Positions 11,160 through 20,674 of a DNA stretch of 64,000 nt are shown here, in pieces. The stretch lies in NCBI GenBank assembly GCA_949282555.1, contig CASDPK010000011.1:2896-66895 (forward strand), read 5' to 3'. Both the position numbers and the translations under genes were made by a program. Every line of letters begins with the position of its first letter. Positions within the stretch are counted from its first letter, which is position 1. Source of the DNA: an uncultured Lentisphaeraceae bacterium (GTDB lineage: Bacteria; Verrucomicrobiota; Kiritimatiellia; RFP12; DVOR01). The notes below the pieces were generated by a model. That model worked only from the letters and a program-made list of their open reading frames with translations, searched no databases and was not told the DNA's origin.

Positions 11160-11705
11160 ATGTCCAATCAGAAGAAACGCCCCGAGATCGTTGCCATCTA
11201 CAAGGAAGTCTCTGAGTTCCTCGCGGGTAAGGAGTTCTCCTTCCTGCTGAACTTCGGTGGCCTTACGGTGGCCCAGATCGCCGATCTCCGCCGTCAGCTC
11301 GCCTCCAAGGGCGCGGGCATGATGGTGATCAAGAACACGTTCATCGCCAAGATTGCCGCCGAGCAGGGCATTGCGTTCCCCGAAGGCGTGCTCACGGGCC
11401 CCACCGCGGTGATCACCGGCACCGGTGACATCGCCGACACCGCCAAGACCGTGGTTGACTTCGTCAAGAAGAACGACAAGGCCACGATCAAGGCCGGCTT
11501 GATGGAGAAGAACGTGATCACCTCCGCCGAGGTCACGACGCTCTCCGAGCTCATCTCGCTCGCCGCCCAGCAGGCCCGCCTGCTCGGCACCCTCCAGGCT
11601 CCCGCCTCCCAGATGGCCCGCGTGTTGCAGGCCAAGGTGGACAAGGAGGGCGAAGGCGCTCCCGCTTCCGCCGAAGGCTCCGCCGACGGCACCCCTGCGG
11701 CCTAA
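11160..11705 (+). CDS. rplJ: 50S ribosomal protein L10
   Basis: GLTVAQIADLRR, VIKNT, LTGPTA; position. Confidence 0.93.
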   Translation: MSNQKKRPEIVAIYKEVSEFLAGKEFSFLLNFGGLTVAQIADLRRQLASKGAGMMVIKNTFIAKIAAEQGIAFPEGVLTGPTAVITGTGDIADTAKTVVDFVKKNDKATIKAGLMEKNVITSAEVTTLSELISLAAQQARLLGTLQAPASQMARVLQAKVDKEGEGAPASAEGSADGTPAA

Positions 11706-11817
11706 ACAGCCGTGTCGTAAAACCGCGTTGGGCGGTGTGCCCTTTGAGGACGCCGCCTGATGCATCCCCCTCCCGGGGCAAGACCCCGGGCGGTTACACC
11801 AAAGAAAGAAGAAGAAC

Positions 11818-12183
11818 ATGACCCAGGAAGAAATCATTGAAGCCCTCTCCGGCATGACCGTGCTGCAGATCGCTGACCTCGTCAAGGCCCTCGAAGAGAA
11901 GTGGGGCGTTTCCGCCGCCGCTCCCGTGGCCGTGGCCGCCGCTGGCGCCGGTGCCGCTCCTGCCGAGGAGAAGACCGAGTTCGACGTCATCCTCGCCGAG
12001 GCTGGTGCCAACAAGATCGCCGTCATCAAGGAAGTCCGCACCATCACCGGTCTGGGCCTCAAGGATGCCAAGGATCTCGTCGAAGGCGCTCCCAAGCCTG
12101 TCAAGCAGGGCGTCGCCAAGGACGAAGCCGCCAAGATCAAGGAAGCCCTCGAGAAGGCGGGTGCCAAGGTCGAGGTCAAGTAA
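11818..12183 (+). CDS. rplL: 50S ribosomal protein L7/L12
   Basis: [29 protein letters not shown]. Confidence 0.98.
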   Translation: MTQEEIIEALSGMTVLQIADLVKALEEKWGVSAAAPVAVAAAGAGAAPAEEKTEFDVILAEAGANKIAVIKEVRTITGLGLKDAKDLVEGAPKPVKQGVAKDEAAKIKEALEKAGAKVEVK

Positions 12184-12204
12184 GACCTTTTGCTGGCTAT
12201 TCAG

Positions 12205-12235
12205 AAAGCCTCGCGCAATCGCGCGAGGCTTTTTT
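12205..12235 (+). terminator. intrinsic terminator after rplL
   Basis: AAAGCCTCGCGC-AATC-GCGCGAGGCTTT plus T-run. Confidence 0.85.
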
Positions 12236-12338
12236 CGTATCCTGAGGCTTTCCGAATCCTAAGAAAACTCCGTGTGCTAGAGTCTCTCAAAAGGAGAACG
12301 GACGCTCCCGCAACCATCTCGCCCGCAGGCCACATCGA

Positions 12339-12396
12339 GAGGCTCCGTATCGGAAGGGAGGGTGCTCTGTCTCCACAAGGGAGGATACGGAGGGAA
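12339..12396. repeat. 22-bp-period palindromic repeat cluster (3 units)
   Basis: GAGGCTCCGTATC at 12339, GGTGCTCTGTCTC at 12361, GATACGGAG at 12384; first unit with flanks identical to 60943-60957. Confidence 0.65.
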
Positions 12397-12648
12397 TGGA
12401 ACGAAGGGAAGGTGGGAAAAGGTATGACTTTTAACGTCTGACCTTTTTTGCTCAAACGGTTTGCTCACATCATCTGACGAAGCGCTTATGTTCACACACG
12501 AGTTGCACAATCACTCCTTGTATGTGATACCATAGGCGCATGGTGTTTGCGGGAGCATGTGCATGGACGTTGAGAAGGGCGATGCATGGCCTTTTCGGTC
12601 GTAGCGCCAGAACGACGAGTCATACGGCGATACTCTAGGAGGTCACAC

Positions 12649-13173
12649 ATGAATCTGCTTATGTTCGTTCTTTTTTGTGTCACATTTTTCCTTCTTGCAA
12701 GCGTTGCGTTCTCATCTTCCGTGACGAAAATTCTGGTATTGCTTCGCGATAGGACAATTTTTCAAGTTTATTGCTCGTTTATTCTTATAAGTTTCCTTAT
12801 GTCCCTTTCATTTGCCATTACGAATCTTACGCCGTGGTATCGGGTCTATTTGGTTCTTGTTCACGTTCTTTTCATTCCTTCATACGCGCTTGTGTTCGAT
12901 CAAGGATATCCGTACAAAAACGTTGTCAAGCGCTTGTTACTTTTGCCCTTTCTTCTCCAAATTTTCTTTGTCCTGGCGAATTGGGACAAGGAGCCTTCTT
13001 TCTTTGCTTACCTTTGGTTTCCCTTTTGTCTTGGTGAATACAATCCTTTTCCTCTTTCATCAATCATGGGGCTTTTGGGAATGTCGTTTTTCTTGTACTT
13101 TGACAAACGCTGGAGATGCGGTACACCATCAAGCACCCGTTCCCGAGGGAGACGGAGAAATGGAGCGTCCTGA
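12649..13173 (+). CDS. AT-rich multi-TM hypothetical protein
   Basis: AGGAGG RBS; ~5 hydrophobic segments. Confidence 0.65.
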   Translation: MNLLMFVLFCVTFFLLASVAFSSSVTKILVLLRDRTIFQVYCSFILISFLMSLSFAITNLTPWYRVYLVLVHVLFIPSYALVFDQGYPYKNVVKRLLLLPFLLQIFFVLANWDKEPSFFAYLWFPFCLGEYNPFPLSSIMGLLGMSFFLYFDKRWRCGTPSSTRSRGRRRNGAS

Positions 13174-13281
13174 TGTCCTCAACGTGTTTGACAAAATCCT
13201 CGCGACTTGTATGCCCGATGAGAGAACGTGCCCGAGACTCTCTCGTGCGTAGGTAGTGACACTCAACCTAGGAGCCAAGCG

Positions 13282-13931
13282 ATGAATTTGCCTTGCACCG
13301 TTTTTCTCTCTTGAGTGTATCGATATTTGCGATCCATGTGCAAGGCTGTCGACCTAGCCGTGTGGAAACGTTTGCAGAGGAAGAGGTCTGTCTGGATGGG
13401 GAAGTCGTCAAAATCCTCTGTCGAGAGGTCGTTTTTCCTTTACCTGTTGTCTATTACGCGACGTCGCCCCTCCCCATTTATGGTCGTTGGGAATGTGACG
13501 AAGGATGGCATTGGGGGACAACGCCCTATCCGAATGCCGTGGTAAACCTTCGCTATATCTCGTGAGATGGTCTCTTTTCGGAGGTTTACAACGGGTATAC
13601 AATCCTTGATGGCCTTCTTTTTGGCTTACGTGCCGGAGTCCATGGGGTCACGCCTTGTGCGCCTCGGGCGAACCATAAAGACGAAAGCATGGGGAAAACC
13701 ATCCAAAATACCCGTGTTGCGGACGGTCGTGTCGTTGGATATCGCACGGACGTGCCAAGCGGCTACGAGTGGCCATGGGATTTTTGGGGAGCGGTCTTTT
13801 CTGGCTTGGTTCGTCTAATACTCGTCTATCATTCTTCCTTCTTCGCTTCGTTCAGGTGTGCAATACTATTATGGAAGGAGTTCAACGTTGCCGACGTGGA
13901 AGGGGCCTTTTGTTATAATTTAATCATATGA
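13282..13931 (+). pseudogene. probable disrupted lipoprotein gene
   Basis: AGGAG+ATG 13282 is out of frame with a lipobox-like segment (IHVQGC); ORFs 13293-13565 and 13689-13931 share a frame broken only by TGA 13563. Confidence 0.4.
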
Positions 13932-14842
13932 AGGTGGTTCACTTTTTCGAGTATTTGCTCCTTGCAGGGCTTTGGTGGCTCTACCGGCTGGTTCCCGTGC
14001 GCTGGGCGTATGGGATCGGGTGGGGGATTGGAGCGGGGGCTTTTGCGTTGCTTCGTGGGACGCGCCGCGCGCGGGTGGCCACGGACAATGTGTTGATCGC
14101 CGGACTTGCGAAGACGCGCCGGGAGGCTTACCGCATCGCCCGCAATTCCTCGGGGCATTTCGTTGGGCATGTCTGCGAGGCTTTGCGGGCCTCCGAAGTG
14201 GTCACGCGGGAGAATTGGCGTGATTACGTGGAGATTGAGATGTCCCCGGCTTCGCGCGAATTGTTGTTTTCGCCTTCGGGGCCTGTGATTTTGGCGACGG
14301 GGCATTTGGGCTCTTGGGAGGCGGGCATCACCGCAATCGTGAGTGCCCGGCCGATGCTTGCGGTGGCTCGGATGATGGACAATGGCTATGTGCAGCGGTT
14401 CCTTGAGCGGCACAATTTCCGCGGAGGGATTACCATCCTTTCCAAGCGTAATGGCTTTTCGGGGTCGCTGATGCATCGTTGGAAGGAGACGCGCGCGGCG
14501 CTGACGATTCTCTTCGATCAGTGGTGCAGTTCCGGGGTGCCGGTTCCGTTCTTTGGACACACGGTCCCTGCCTACACATCGCCGGCGCGCCTCCATGTCA
14601 GGACGGGGGCTCCGGTGATCGTGGGCGGCTTTTTGCGGACGGGGACGTTGCGTTATAAGATGGTGGCCATTGGCGACCCCATCGTGGCGGTGCCGGAGGG
14701 TGAGCATGATGTTGTGCTGCGCGACCTTACGGCGGAGATGATCCGCCGTCTTGAAACGGTCATTCGCATGGCTCCGGAGCAGTACCTTTGGATTCATCGC
14801 CGTTGGCGGGGCATTCCGGTGCCAGAGGTGCCGAAGCGATGA
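13928..14842 (+). CDS. lipid A acyltransferase (LpxL/HtrB family)
   Basis: ATGHLGSWE, DQ, PFFG, PEQYLWIHRRW. Confidence 0.9.
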   Translation: MKVVHFFEYLLLAGLWWLYRLVPVRWAYGIGWGIGAGAFALLRGTRRARVATDNVLIAGLAKTRREAYRIARNSSGHFVGHVCEALRASEVVTRENWRDYVEIEMSPASRELLFSPSGPVILATGHLGSWEAGITAIVSARPMLAVARMMDNGYVQRFLERHNFRGGITILSKRNGFSGSLMHRWKETRAALTILFDQWCSSGVPVPFFGHTVPAYTSPARLHVRTGAPVIVGGFLRTGTLRYKMVAIGDPIVAVPEGEHDVVLRDLTAEMIRRLETVIRMAPEQYLWIHRRWRGIPVPEVPKR

Positions 14843-15165
14843 GCGGTTGGTATCAGCCGGCGGATGAGCGCCATATTCGCCGAGAGCGTGAGCGTGCCCG
14901 GGCGTTGCGCGCTTCATCGTGGTGGAAGGAACAGCTTGCAAAGGGGGAGTGCCATTATTGTCACGGGCATTTCCCGCCGGATCAGCTCACGATGGATCAT
15001 GTCATTCCGGTGGCTCGGGGGGGACGGTCGGATCGCTCGAACGTTGTCCCCGCGTGTTTTTCCTGCAATCAGGCGAAATCCGCCCAAACGCCCGCGGAAC
15101 AGATCCTTGACCAGCTTGGCCTTGGGGATGAGCCGGACCCGTGGGATCTTCCGGATTTCCCCTAG
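14839..15165 (+). CDS. HNH endonuclease
   Basis: CHYC..TMDHVIPVARGG..NVVPACFSCN; ATGA overlap with upstream gene. Confidence 0.9.
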   Translation: MSGWYQPADERHIRRERERARALRASSWWKEQLAKGECHYCHGHFPPDQLTMDHVIPVARGGRSDRSNVVPACFSCNQAKSAQTPAEQILDQLGLGDEPDPWDLPDFP

Positions 15166-15253
15166 GGCGGGGGTGGCCGTTGCGCGGAGATTGCCTGTGG
15201 AGCCCTCGTGGAGGGATACGCGGGATGGCGAAAGTTGATATACTGGACAGTTC

Positions 15254-15877
15254 ATGGAACCCATTGTGAGAAAGAGGCGTCTGATGAAGCCGTTGCTGAT
15301 TGTGATGAGCGCGCCGAGCGGGGCGGGTAAGAGCACGCTGTGCGATTTGTTGTTGCAGGAATTCCCGGAAATCACCTATTCCGTTTCGTGCACCACGCGT
15401 GCGCCGCGTGGGCAGGAGGAGGATGGCATCGATTATTTCTTCCTTTCCAAGGAGGAGTTCGACCGCCGCGTGCGTGAGGGGCTTTTGTTGGAGCATGCCA
15501 CGGTGCACGGGAATCTTTACGGCACGCCGGCCGATCCGGTGCGTGAGGCGTTCGCCGAGGGCCAGAGCGTTTTGATGGATATCGACGTGGCGGGTGCGGC
15601 GCAGGTGCGCGAGGCCGTGGCGAAATTGCCTCCGGGGGACCCGCTGCGGGAGGGCTTTGTGGATATCTTCGTGGAACCGCCGGACATGGAGGAGCTCCGT
15701 CGGCGCTTGGAGGGCCGCGGGGAGGATGCGCCCGAAACGATTGAACTGCGCTTGCGCAATGCGCAGGGAGAGATGGATCGTGCGGGGGAATTCACCTATC
15801 GTGTGGTGAATGACGATTTGGACATGGCCTATCGTCGGCTGCGGGATATCTTGTTGGTCAAGAGCGGCGTGCTGTAA
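15254..15877 (+). CDS. gmk: guanylate kinase
   Basis: SAPSGAGKST, SCTTRAPR, YGT motifs. Confidence 0.97.
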   Translation: MEPIVRKRRLMKPLLIVMSAPSGAGKSTLCDLLLQEFPEITYSVSCTTRAPRGQEEDGIDYFFLSKEEFDRRVREGLLLEHATVHGNLYGTPADPVREAFAEGQSVLMDIDVAGAAQVREAVAKLPPGDPLREGFVDIFVEPPDMEELRRRLEGRGEDAPETIELRLRNAQGEMDRAGEFTYRVVNDDLDMAYRRLRDILLVKSGVL

Positions 15878-15888
15878 GGGTCGGAGGC

Positions 15889-16497
15889 GTGGCGATGACG
15901 GAGCAGCAGACGTGCATGGATGAGGCCGCCGTGCGGCCCTCTGAGCCCCCGAAGGTGCTTTTGGGCGTGACGGGGGCGATCGCGTGCTACAAGGTGTGCA
16001 CGTTGGTGCGGCGGATGGTTTGCGCGGGCTGGCAGGTGCGGGTGGTCCCGACGCCGTGCGCGCTGGATTTTGTCGGCGAGATCACGTGGCGGACGCTGTC
16101 CCAACACCCCGTGGAGCGGAGCGCGTTTGCCGAGTCGGCGGATTGGCACCCTCGGCACATTGAACTTGCGGGATGGTGTGACCTCTTTGTCGTGGCGCCG
16201 TGCTCGGCCAACACGATGGCGAAGCTGGCCCATGGGCTGGCGGACAATTTGCTGACGCAGGCGGCGCTGGCGTGTCGGAAACCGTTGGTGCTGGCTCCCG
16301 CGATGAATGCGGACATGTGGGCGCATCCTGCCACGCAGGCGAATGCCGAGACGCTCAAGGCGCGCGGGGTGAGGTTGCTCGACCCGGAGGTCGGGGAGCT
16401 GGCCTGCGGCGTGCGCGGGACGGGGCGTTTGCCGGGGCCCGACGCCCTCTTTTCCGCTTTGCAGACGCTTCTTCTCGGAGGGAAGTCGGAACGATGA
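15889..16497 (+). CDS. coaC: phosphopantothenoylcysteine decarboxylase (stand-alone CoaC flavoprotein domain)
   Basis: GVTGAIACYK, HIELA, APCSANTMAK, PAMN, LACG.G.GR; no CoaB domain. Confidence 0.85.
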   Translation: MAMTEQQTCMDEAAVRPSEPPKVLLGVTGAIACYKVCTLVRRMVCAGWQVRVVPTPCALDFVGEITWRTLSQHPVERSAFAESADWHPRHIELAGWCDLFVVAPCSANTMAKLAHGLADNLLTQAALACRKPLVLAPAMNADMWAHPATQANAETLKARGVRLLDPEVGELACGVRGTGRLPGPDALFSALQTLLLGGKSER

Positions 16498-17075
16498 AGT
16501 GTGAGCTGTGCCATCAAAACGATGCTGAGACCGTCCTTTGGCGGGCCGGGAAGGACGGCCGCAAGGAGGAGCTCTACGTCTGCCATGCGTGCGCAGAACG
16601 GGAGAGGGCCTTTGGTCAGGAACGCGGCGTGCAGGTGGCGGCGATGGAGGCCGACGCGGCTCCCAACCCCGGGAAGCCTCCGGCAGGGCTGGAGACTTTG
16701 GGCCTTCCGAAAGAGGTTTTTGGGCAGTTGGGGGAGATGTTCGGCCGCCTTTCGGAGAAATTGGGGGCCGAGGGGGAGACGCGCTGTCCGCGCTGTGGCG
16801 CCTCCGCGGATGATTTGCGGGCGCTGGGCATGATGGGATGCGCACAGTGCTACAAGACCTTTCGGAAGCCGCTCATGCGGCAACTTGACGAGACACAGCA
16901 GTGCTTGGACTATCGGGGCGATCCCTTCCCGGGGCGTGAGCGTGAGCGCAACCTGAAACGGTTGGAAGAGCTCCGGCGTGCGGCGGTGGCCCGCGAGGAT
17001 TATGCCGAGGCCAAGCGCTTGACGGAGGAAATCCTCCGCCTGAAGGGTGGGGAGGAGGATGGGCATGGCGCGTAA
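16494..17075 (+). CDS. mcsA: McsA-like activator (4x CXXC + UVR domain)
   Basis: CELC, CHAC, CPRC, GCAQCY and AVAREDYAEAKRL. Confidence 0.85.
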   Translation: MKCELCHQNDAETVLWRAGKDGRKEELYVCHACAERERAFGQERGVQVAAMEADAAPNPGKPPAGLETLGLPKEVFGQLGEMFGRLSEKLGAEGETRCPRCGASADDLRALGMMGCAQCYKTFRKPLMRQLDETQQCLDYRGDPFPGRERERNLKRLEELRRAAVAREDYAEAKRLTEEILRLKGGEEDGHGA

Positions 17076-18165
17076 ACGCAGCTCGAAAGCCTCCGAGGAA
17101 AATCTCCCCTTGTTCTGCGTGAAGACGCAGATTTCGTTTGTGCGCAATGTGTCCGGTGCGCCGTTCCCGCTCCGGATGGCCCCTCAGGCGGCGAAGGCGT
17201 TGGGGAAGCAATTGGCCGCGTGGGTGGCGAAATTCGTCGCCCGTGCCGAGGATCTCACGGAGGATGCCCTTTTGGCGGATGCCGGTGAGGTGGTCTATGG
17301 CCTGACCCCGCGCAAGGAGCGGGGGCCGGGGTATCGTCTGTTGCGGCTGACGTCGTCCGACGGATTGGTGGTGTGGTGCGAGCTGATGAGCGCCAACCAT
17401 CTGACCTTTTCGGTGTGCGGGGATTTTCTCGATTTCGGTGCGCGGACGGAGGCTTTGCGGCACTTCGTGGATGCCTTGGCGGAGCCTGTGGGCTTTGCGT
17501 ATGATGAGCGGCTGGGCTATCTCACGGCGCAGACGTCGCTGGTTGGCACGGGATTGCGCATTCGGAGCTGGATGCATTTGGGCGGCCTGGCGCATTTTGG
17601 GTATCTGCGCGAATTGTGCAATGCGGCCGAGGCCAAGGGCACCTATGTGGAGCTGGAACATCCGGACAATCCTCCGCCGGGGAGCTTGCTCATTTTGTTC
17701 AACCGTTTCTCGCTGGGGGCCAGGGCGGAGGAGATCGCCGAGCGGCATCGGGCGTTCCTTTTGCGGGTTTCCGAGCAAGAGACGGAGGCGCGGTGGCGGC
17801 TCATACGCGACGAGCCTTTCGTCTTTTTGGATGTCTTGAATCGGGCGAAGGCGACGCTGAGGTGCGCCACGCTGATGAGTGAGGCGGAGGCCTTGGACTT
17901 GCTGTCGGATCTCCGCATCGGCTTGACTTCCGGAATGATCATGGCGCGGAGGGTGAATCCGCTCGTGCCGGGGTGGTTTGACGACGTTCGCGAGGGCGTT
18001 TTCTTCAACAAGCATGGGCGCCTTCTGCGGCGTCGCCTGCCATTGCCGCATGATGTGGACACCTTCACCCCGTGGCGGGACGATGCGTTGCGGGCGGCGT
18101 GGATGCGCCCGTTGTCGTCTTTTACTTTCTCCAAGGAGCTTGTCGAATGGGCTGCAGAACAATGA
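17065..18165 (+). CDS. mcsB: McsB-like ATP:guanido phosphotransferase, catalytically degenerate
   Basis: RN..G.PFP, GFAYDERLGYLT..GTGLR, EALDLLSDLRIG retained; follows mcsA; NEEDH and CPTN motifs altered. Confidence 0.75.
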   Translation: MARKRSSKASEENLPLFCVKTQISFVRNVSGAPFPLRMAPQAAKALGKQLAAWVAKFVARAEDLTEDALLADAGEVVYGLTPRKERGPGYRLLRLTSSDGLVVWCELMSANHLTFSVCGDFLDFGARTEALRHFVDALAEPVGFAYDERLGYLTAQTSLVGTGLRIRSWMHLGGLAHFGYLRELCNAAEAKGTYVELEHPDNPPPGSLLILFNRFSLGARAEEIAERHRAFLLRVSEQETEARWRLIRDEPFVFLDVLNRAKATLRCATLMSEAEALDLLSDLRIGLTSGMIMARRVNPLVPGWFDDVREGVFFNKHGRLLRRRLPLPHDVDTFTPWRDDALRAAWMRPLSSFTFSKELVEWAAEQ

Positions 18166-18947
18166 GCAGAAGGTTTCGTTCCCTTGCGTCCCTCGTTGCC
18201 GCGGTGTGCCTCGCCGTGGGGGGGCTCCGCGCGGAAAATGCCACCGACGGTCTGACGCCGGGGCAGTTGTTGGTGCAGGCCCGGGGAATGTTCCCGAGTG
18301 AGCGAATGGAGATTTCCGGGACGCTGGAGACCGCCGAGGCCCGCGGGATGAATGCGACGGTGCGGCCGTATACGCTCACGTTGGATTGGTCGGGCGGCGT
18401 GCCGAAGGCCGATTGCCGTTTGTTCCAGGCGGAGGGAAGCGCGAAACCGTTGGTCCATGCGGAATTGACGCGGCGGGCGGGGAAACCGGAGTTGGCGCTG
18501 ATCGATGCGGATGGAAAGCGCACCGAGGGCGTCCGGTTGAATCTTCCCGTCGGCGAGAGTGACCTCACGTGGATGGATTTGGCGTTCGATTATCTTTGGT
18601 GGCCCAATGCGCGGCGACTCGCGGAAGGGGAAATCCCGGAAGGTGAGCGTGTGAGTGGACGCTCGTGCGTGGTGCTGGAGGTGAAGTCTCCCGCGCCGGT
18701 GCCGGGCTTGGGGGCCGTGCGGTTGTGGCTGGACAAGGCCACGGGCAGTTTGTTGCAGACGCAGCAGCTGGATGAGACCGGCCGCCCCACGCGGCTGATG
18801 TGGGTGCAGCGGGTTGGCCGAGAGGAGGGGCGTTGGGTGCCGCGGCTCTTCCGGATTCGCCGGGAGGGAATGCGGCGGATGACGTCGTTGCGGGTGGATT
18901 CCGTCCATGCGGAAGCCTTTTCGGTTGGGAAGGAGGGCAACCCATGA
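18162..18947 (+). CDS. outer-membrane lipoprotein-sorting (LolA-like) protein
   Basis: Signal peptide; SDLTWMDL, VRLWLDK motifs. Confidence 0.65.
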   Translation: MSRRFRSLASLVAAVCLAVGGLRAENATDGLTPGQLLVQARGMFPSERMEISGTLETAEARGMNATVRPYTLTLDWSGGVPKADCRLFQAEGSAKPLVHAELTRRAGKPELALIDADGKRTEGVRLNLPVGESDLTWMDLAFDYLWWPNARRLAEGEIPEGERVSGRSCVVLEVKSPAPVPGLGAVRLWLDKATGSLLQTQQLDETGRPTRLMWVQRVGREEGRWVPRLFRIRREGMRRMTSLRVDSVHAEAFSVGKEGNP

Positions 18948-20107
18948 GTGAGGAGCGCCAGCGCCTGACGTTCACTCCGGCGCAGAACCGCATCATCACC
19001 GGCTCATTGGCTTTGCTGTGCGGCGTGGCCATGGCCGTGGGGTGCTTGTTGCTGTTGTGGCTTTTGTTGCAGGGATTGGGGTACTTCCTGCACATTGTCG
19101 GCCCGGTGATCGTGGCCTTTTTCCTGAGCCTGCTCACGCGTCCGTGGTATGCGCGGTTGCGGCGGTGGTTTGGCGGGCGCGATGTGCCGGCGGTGTTGGC
19201 GTTCTCGCTTTCGTTCTTGGTGCCGATTGCGCTGCTTTGCTGGTTTTTTGGGGCGTTCATTGTCGATCAGGGGAGCAACCTCGCGCATGTTCTGCCGAAA
19301 ATCGTCGAGCAGATGCGCGCGTTGCTCACTCGGGCGTTTCCGGAATCCGAGGCGTTGGTGGGGAATCTCCTGCCCAATTTGGCACAGGTGCTTGCGCCCG
19401 ATGGCTCGGTGTCGCTGGCGAAATTGGTGGAGGTGGCCGGCAAGGGCGTGCATGTGGGCGGGGCCGTCTTTTCCGCGGGTTCCGCGGCATTGCTGTGGTT
19501 GCTGACCTTTTTCTATTGGATCATCTTCGTGATGCAGGCGCCGCTGACGGGTGAAGGGTTCGCCGCCTGTCTGCCCTTCCTGAGCGGGCATGGCCGAGAG
19601 GCCGTGGCGCGGCATTTCCGGAGTTTCAGCGAAATCATTGTCTCCTACTTCCGTGGGCAGATCATCGACGTGATCATCCAAGGATTTCTCTATGGCACGG
19701 CGTTTCAGGTGATGGGGCTCCCCAATGGGTTCATCATCGGCTTTGTGCTTGGATTGCTGAATCTGATCCCGTATCTCGGGGTCATGTCGGGCCTGTGTGT
19801 GGCTCTCCCGGTGGCCTTCTTCCACGCGGGCCTCGGTTACACGGTGGCCATCTTTGTTGTGTTCTGTTGCATTCAGACCTTCGATGGGTATGTGATGCAA
19901 CCCTACATCCAGGGCGGAAGGATGAAGCTTTCGGCGTGGCAAATTGTCTTTGCGCTTCTTTTCTGGACGCGGCTCGGAGGCTTTTTGGGCCTGCTGTTGG
20001 CCATTCCGCTCACGGCATTCGTGAAGGCTTCTTGGAGCGGTTGGCGCGACACGTCCGAGCGTTTCGTCGGCGTGGCGCCGACCGATTCCCACAAACCCAG
20101 AGGTTGA
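18944..20107 (+). CDS. AI-2E family transporter
   Basis: YFRGQ, NLIPYLG, GGFLGLLLAIPL. Confidence 0.9.
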   Translation: MSEERQRLTFTPAQNRIITGSLALLCGVAMAVGCLLLLWLLLQGLGYFLHIVGPVIVAFFLSLLTRPWYARLRRWFGGRDVPAVLAFSLSFLVPIALLCWFFGAFIVDQGSNLAHVLPKIVEQMRALLTRAFPESEALVGNLLPNLAQVLAPDGSVSLAKLVEVAGKGVHVGGAVFSAGSAALLWLLTFFYWIIFVMQAPLTGEGFAACLPFLSGHGREAVARHFRSFSEIIVSYFRGQIIDVIIQGFLYGTAFQVMGLPNGFIIGFVLGLLNLIPYLGVMSGLCVALPVAFFHAGLGYTVAIFVVFCCIQTFDGYVMQPYIQGGRMKLSAWQIVFALLFWTRLGGFLGLLLAIPLTAFVKASWSGWRDTSERFVGVAPTDSHKPRG

Positions 20108-20110
20108 GGA

Positions 20111-20674
20111 ATGAACGAACTTCTGCTTTCCCGTTTGCTTTGCTTGGTTCCGGCGGTCTTGTTCGCCGGGTGTGGGCTGTCCCTGTTTCATCCGGCGGCG
20201 CCGCGTGCGGTGCGTGCTTTGCCGCGCGCCCGAATCCTTGGACGGGTGCTTTCGGCGGCCTGTTGGATTTGGGTCACGGCGGAATTGTGGTTCCACCCCA
20301 TCGATTTTTTGGCCTTCCTGTCGCCGACGATGGTGCTGACGCTTGGCGCGATCTGCATCCCGCTTTCATGGATATTGCTTGAGAACCTGCTTTGTGCGCG
20401 TGCGGTGGGGGGGCTGTTGATGCTCTGGCCCATGCCCGTGATCCTTGCGGTGCGCGACCAAGTGACGGCTTGGCGTCTCGTGCCGGTGACGTTGGGTTAT
20501 GTTTGCCTCACGTTCGGGATGTTCGTGGTGTTTTATCCGTGGCTGATGCGTGTTGTTTGCGACAGGCTGGCCGAGCGGCCCGGCATTCGCCGTGCGGCGG
20601 GAGTGGCGCTGACCATGGCCGGTGCGCTGTGTGTCGCCGCCGCGTTGGCCTTCGGAAAGGTGGTGGGGGAGTGA
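20111..20674 (+). CDS. membrane hypothetical protein
   Basis: ~6 TM segments; GAGG RBS; operonic. Confidence 0.7.
   Translation: MNELLLSRLLCLVPAVLFAGCGLSLFHPAAPRAVRALPRARILGRVLSAACWIWVTAELWFHPIDFLAFLSPTMVLTLGAICIPLSWILLENLLCARAVGGLLMLWPMPVILAVRDQVTAWRLVPVTLGYVCLTFGMFVVFYPWLMRVVCDRLAERPGIRRAAGVALTMAGALCVAAALAFGKVVGE

Noticed and set aside
11706..11817. Two hairpins between rplJ and rplL
   Set aside because: Probably mRNA stability elements; no recognisable RNA family
15194..15227. Degenerate match to the 22-bp repeat family (GGAGCC…GATACG)
   Set aside because: Only half-sites at 21-bp spacing; could be chance
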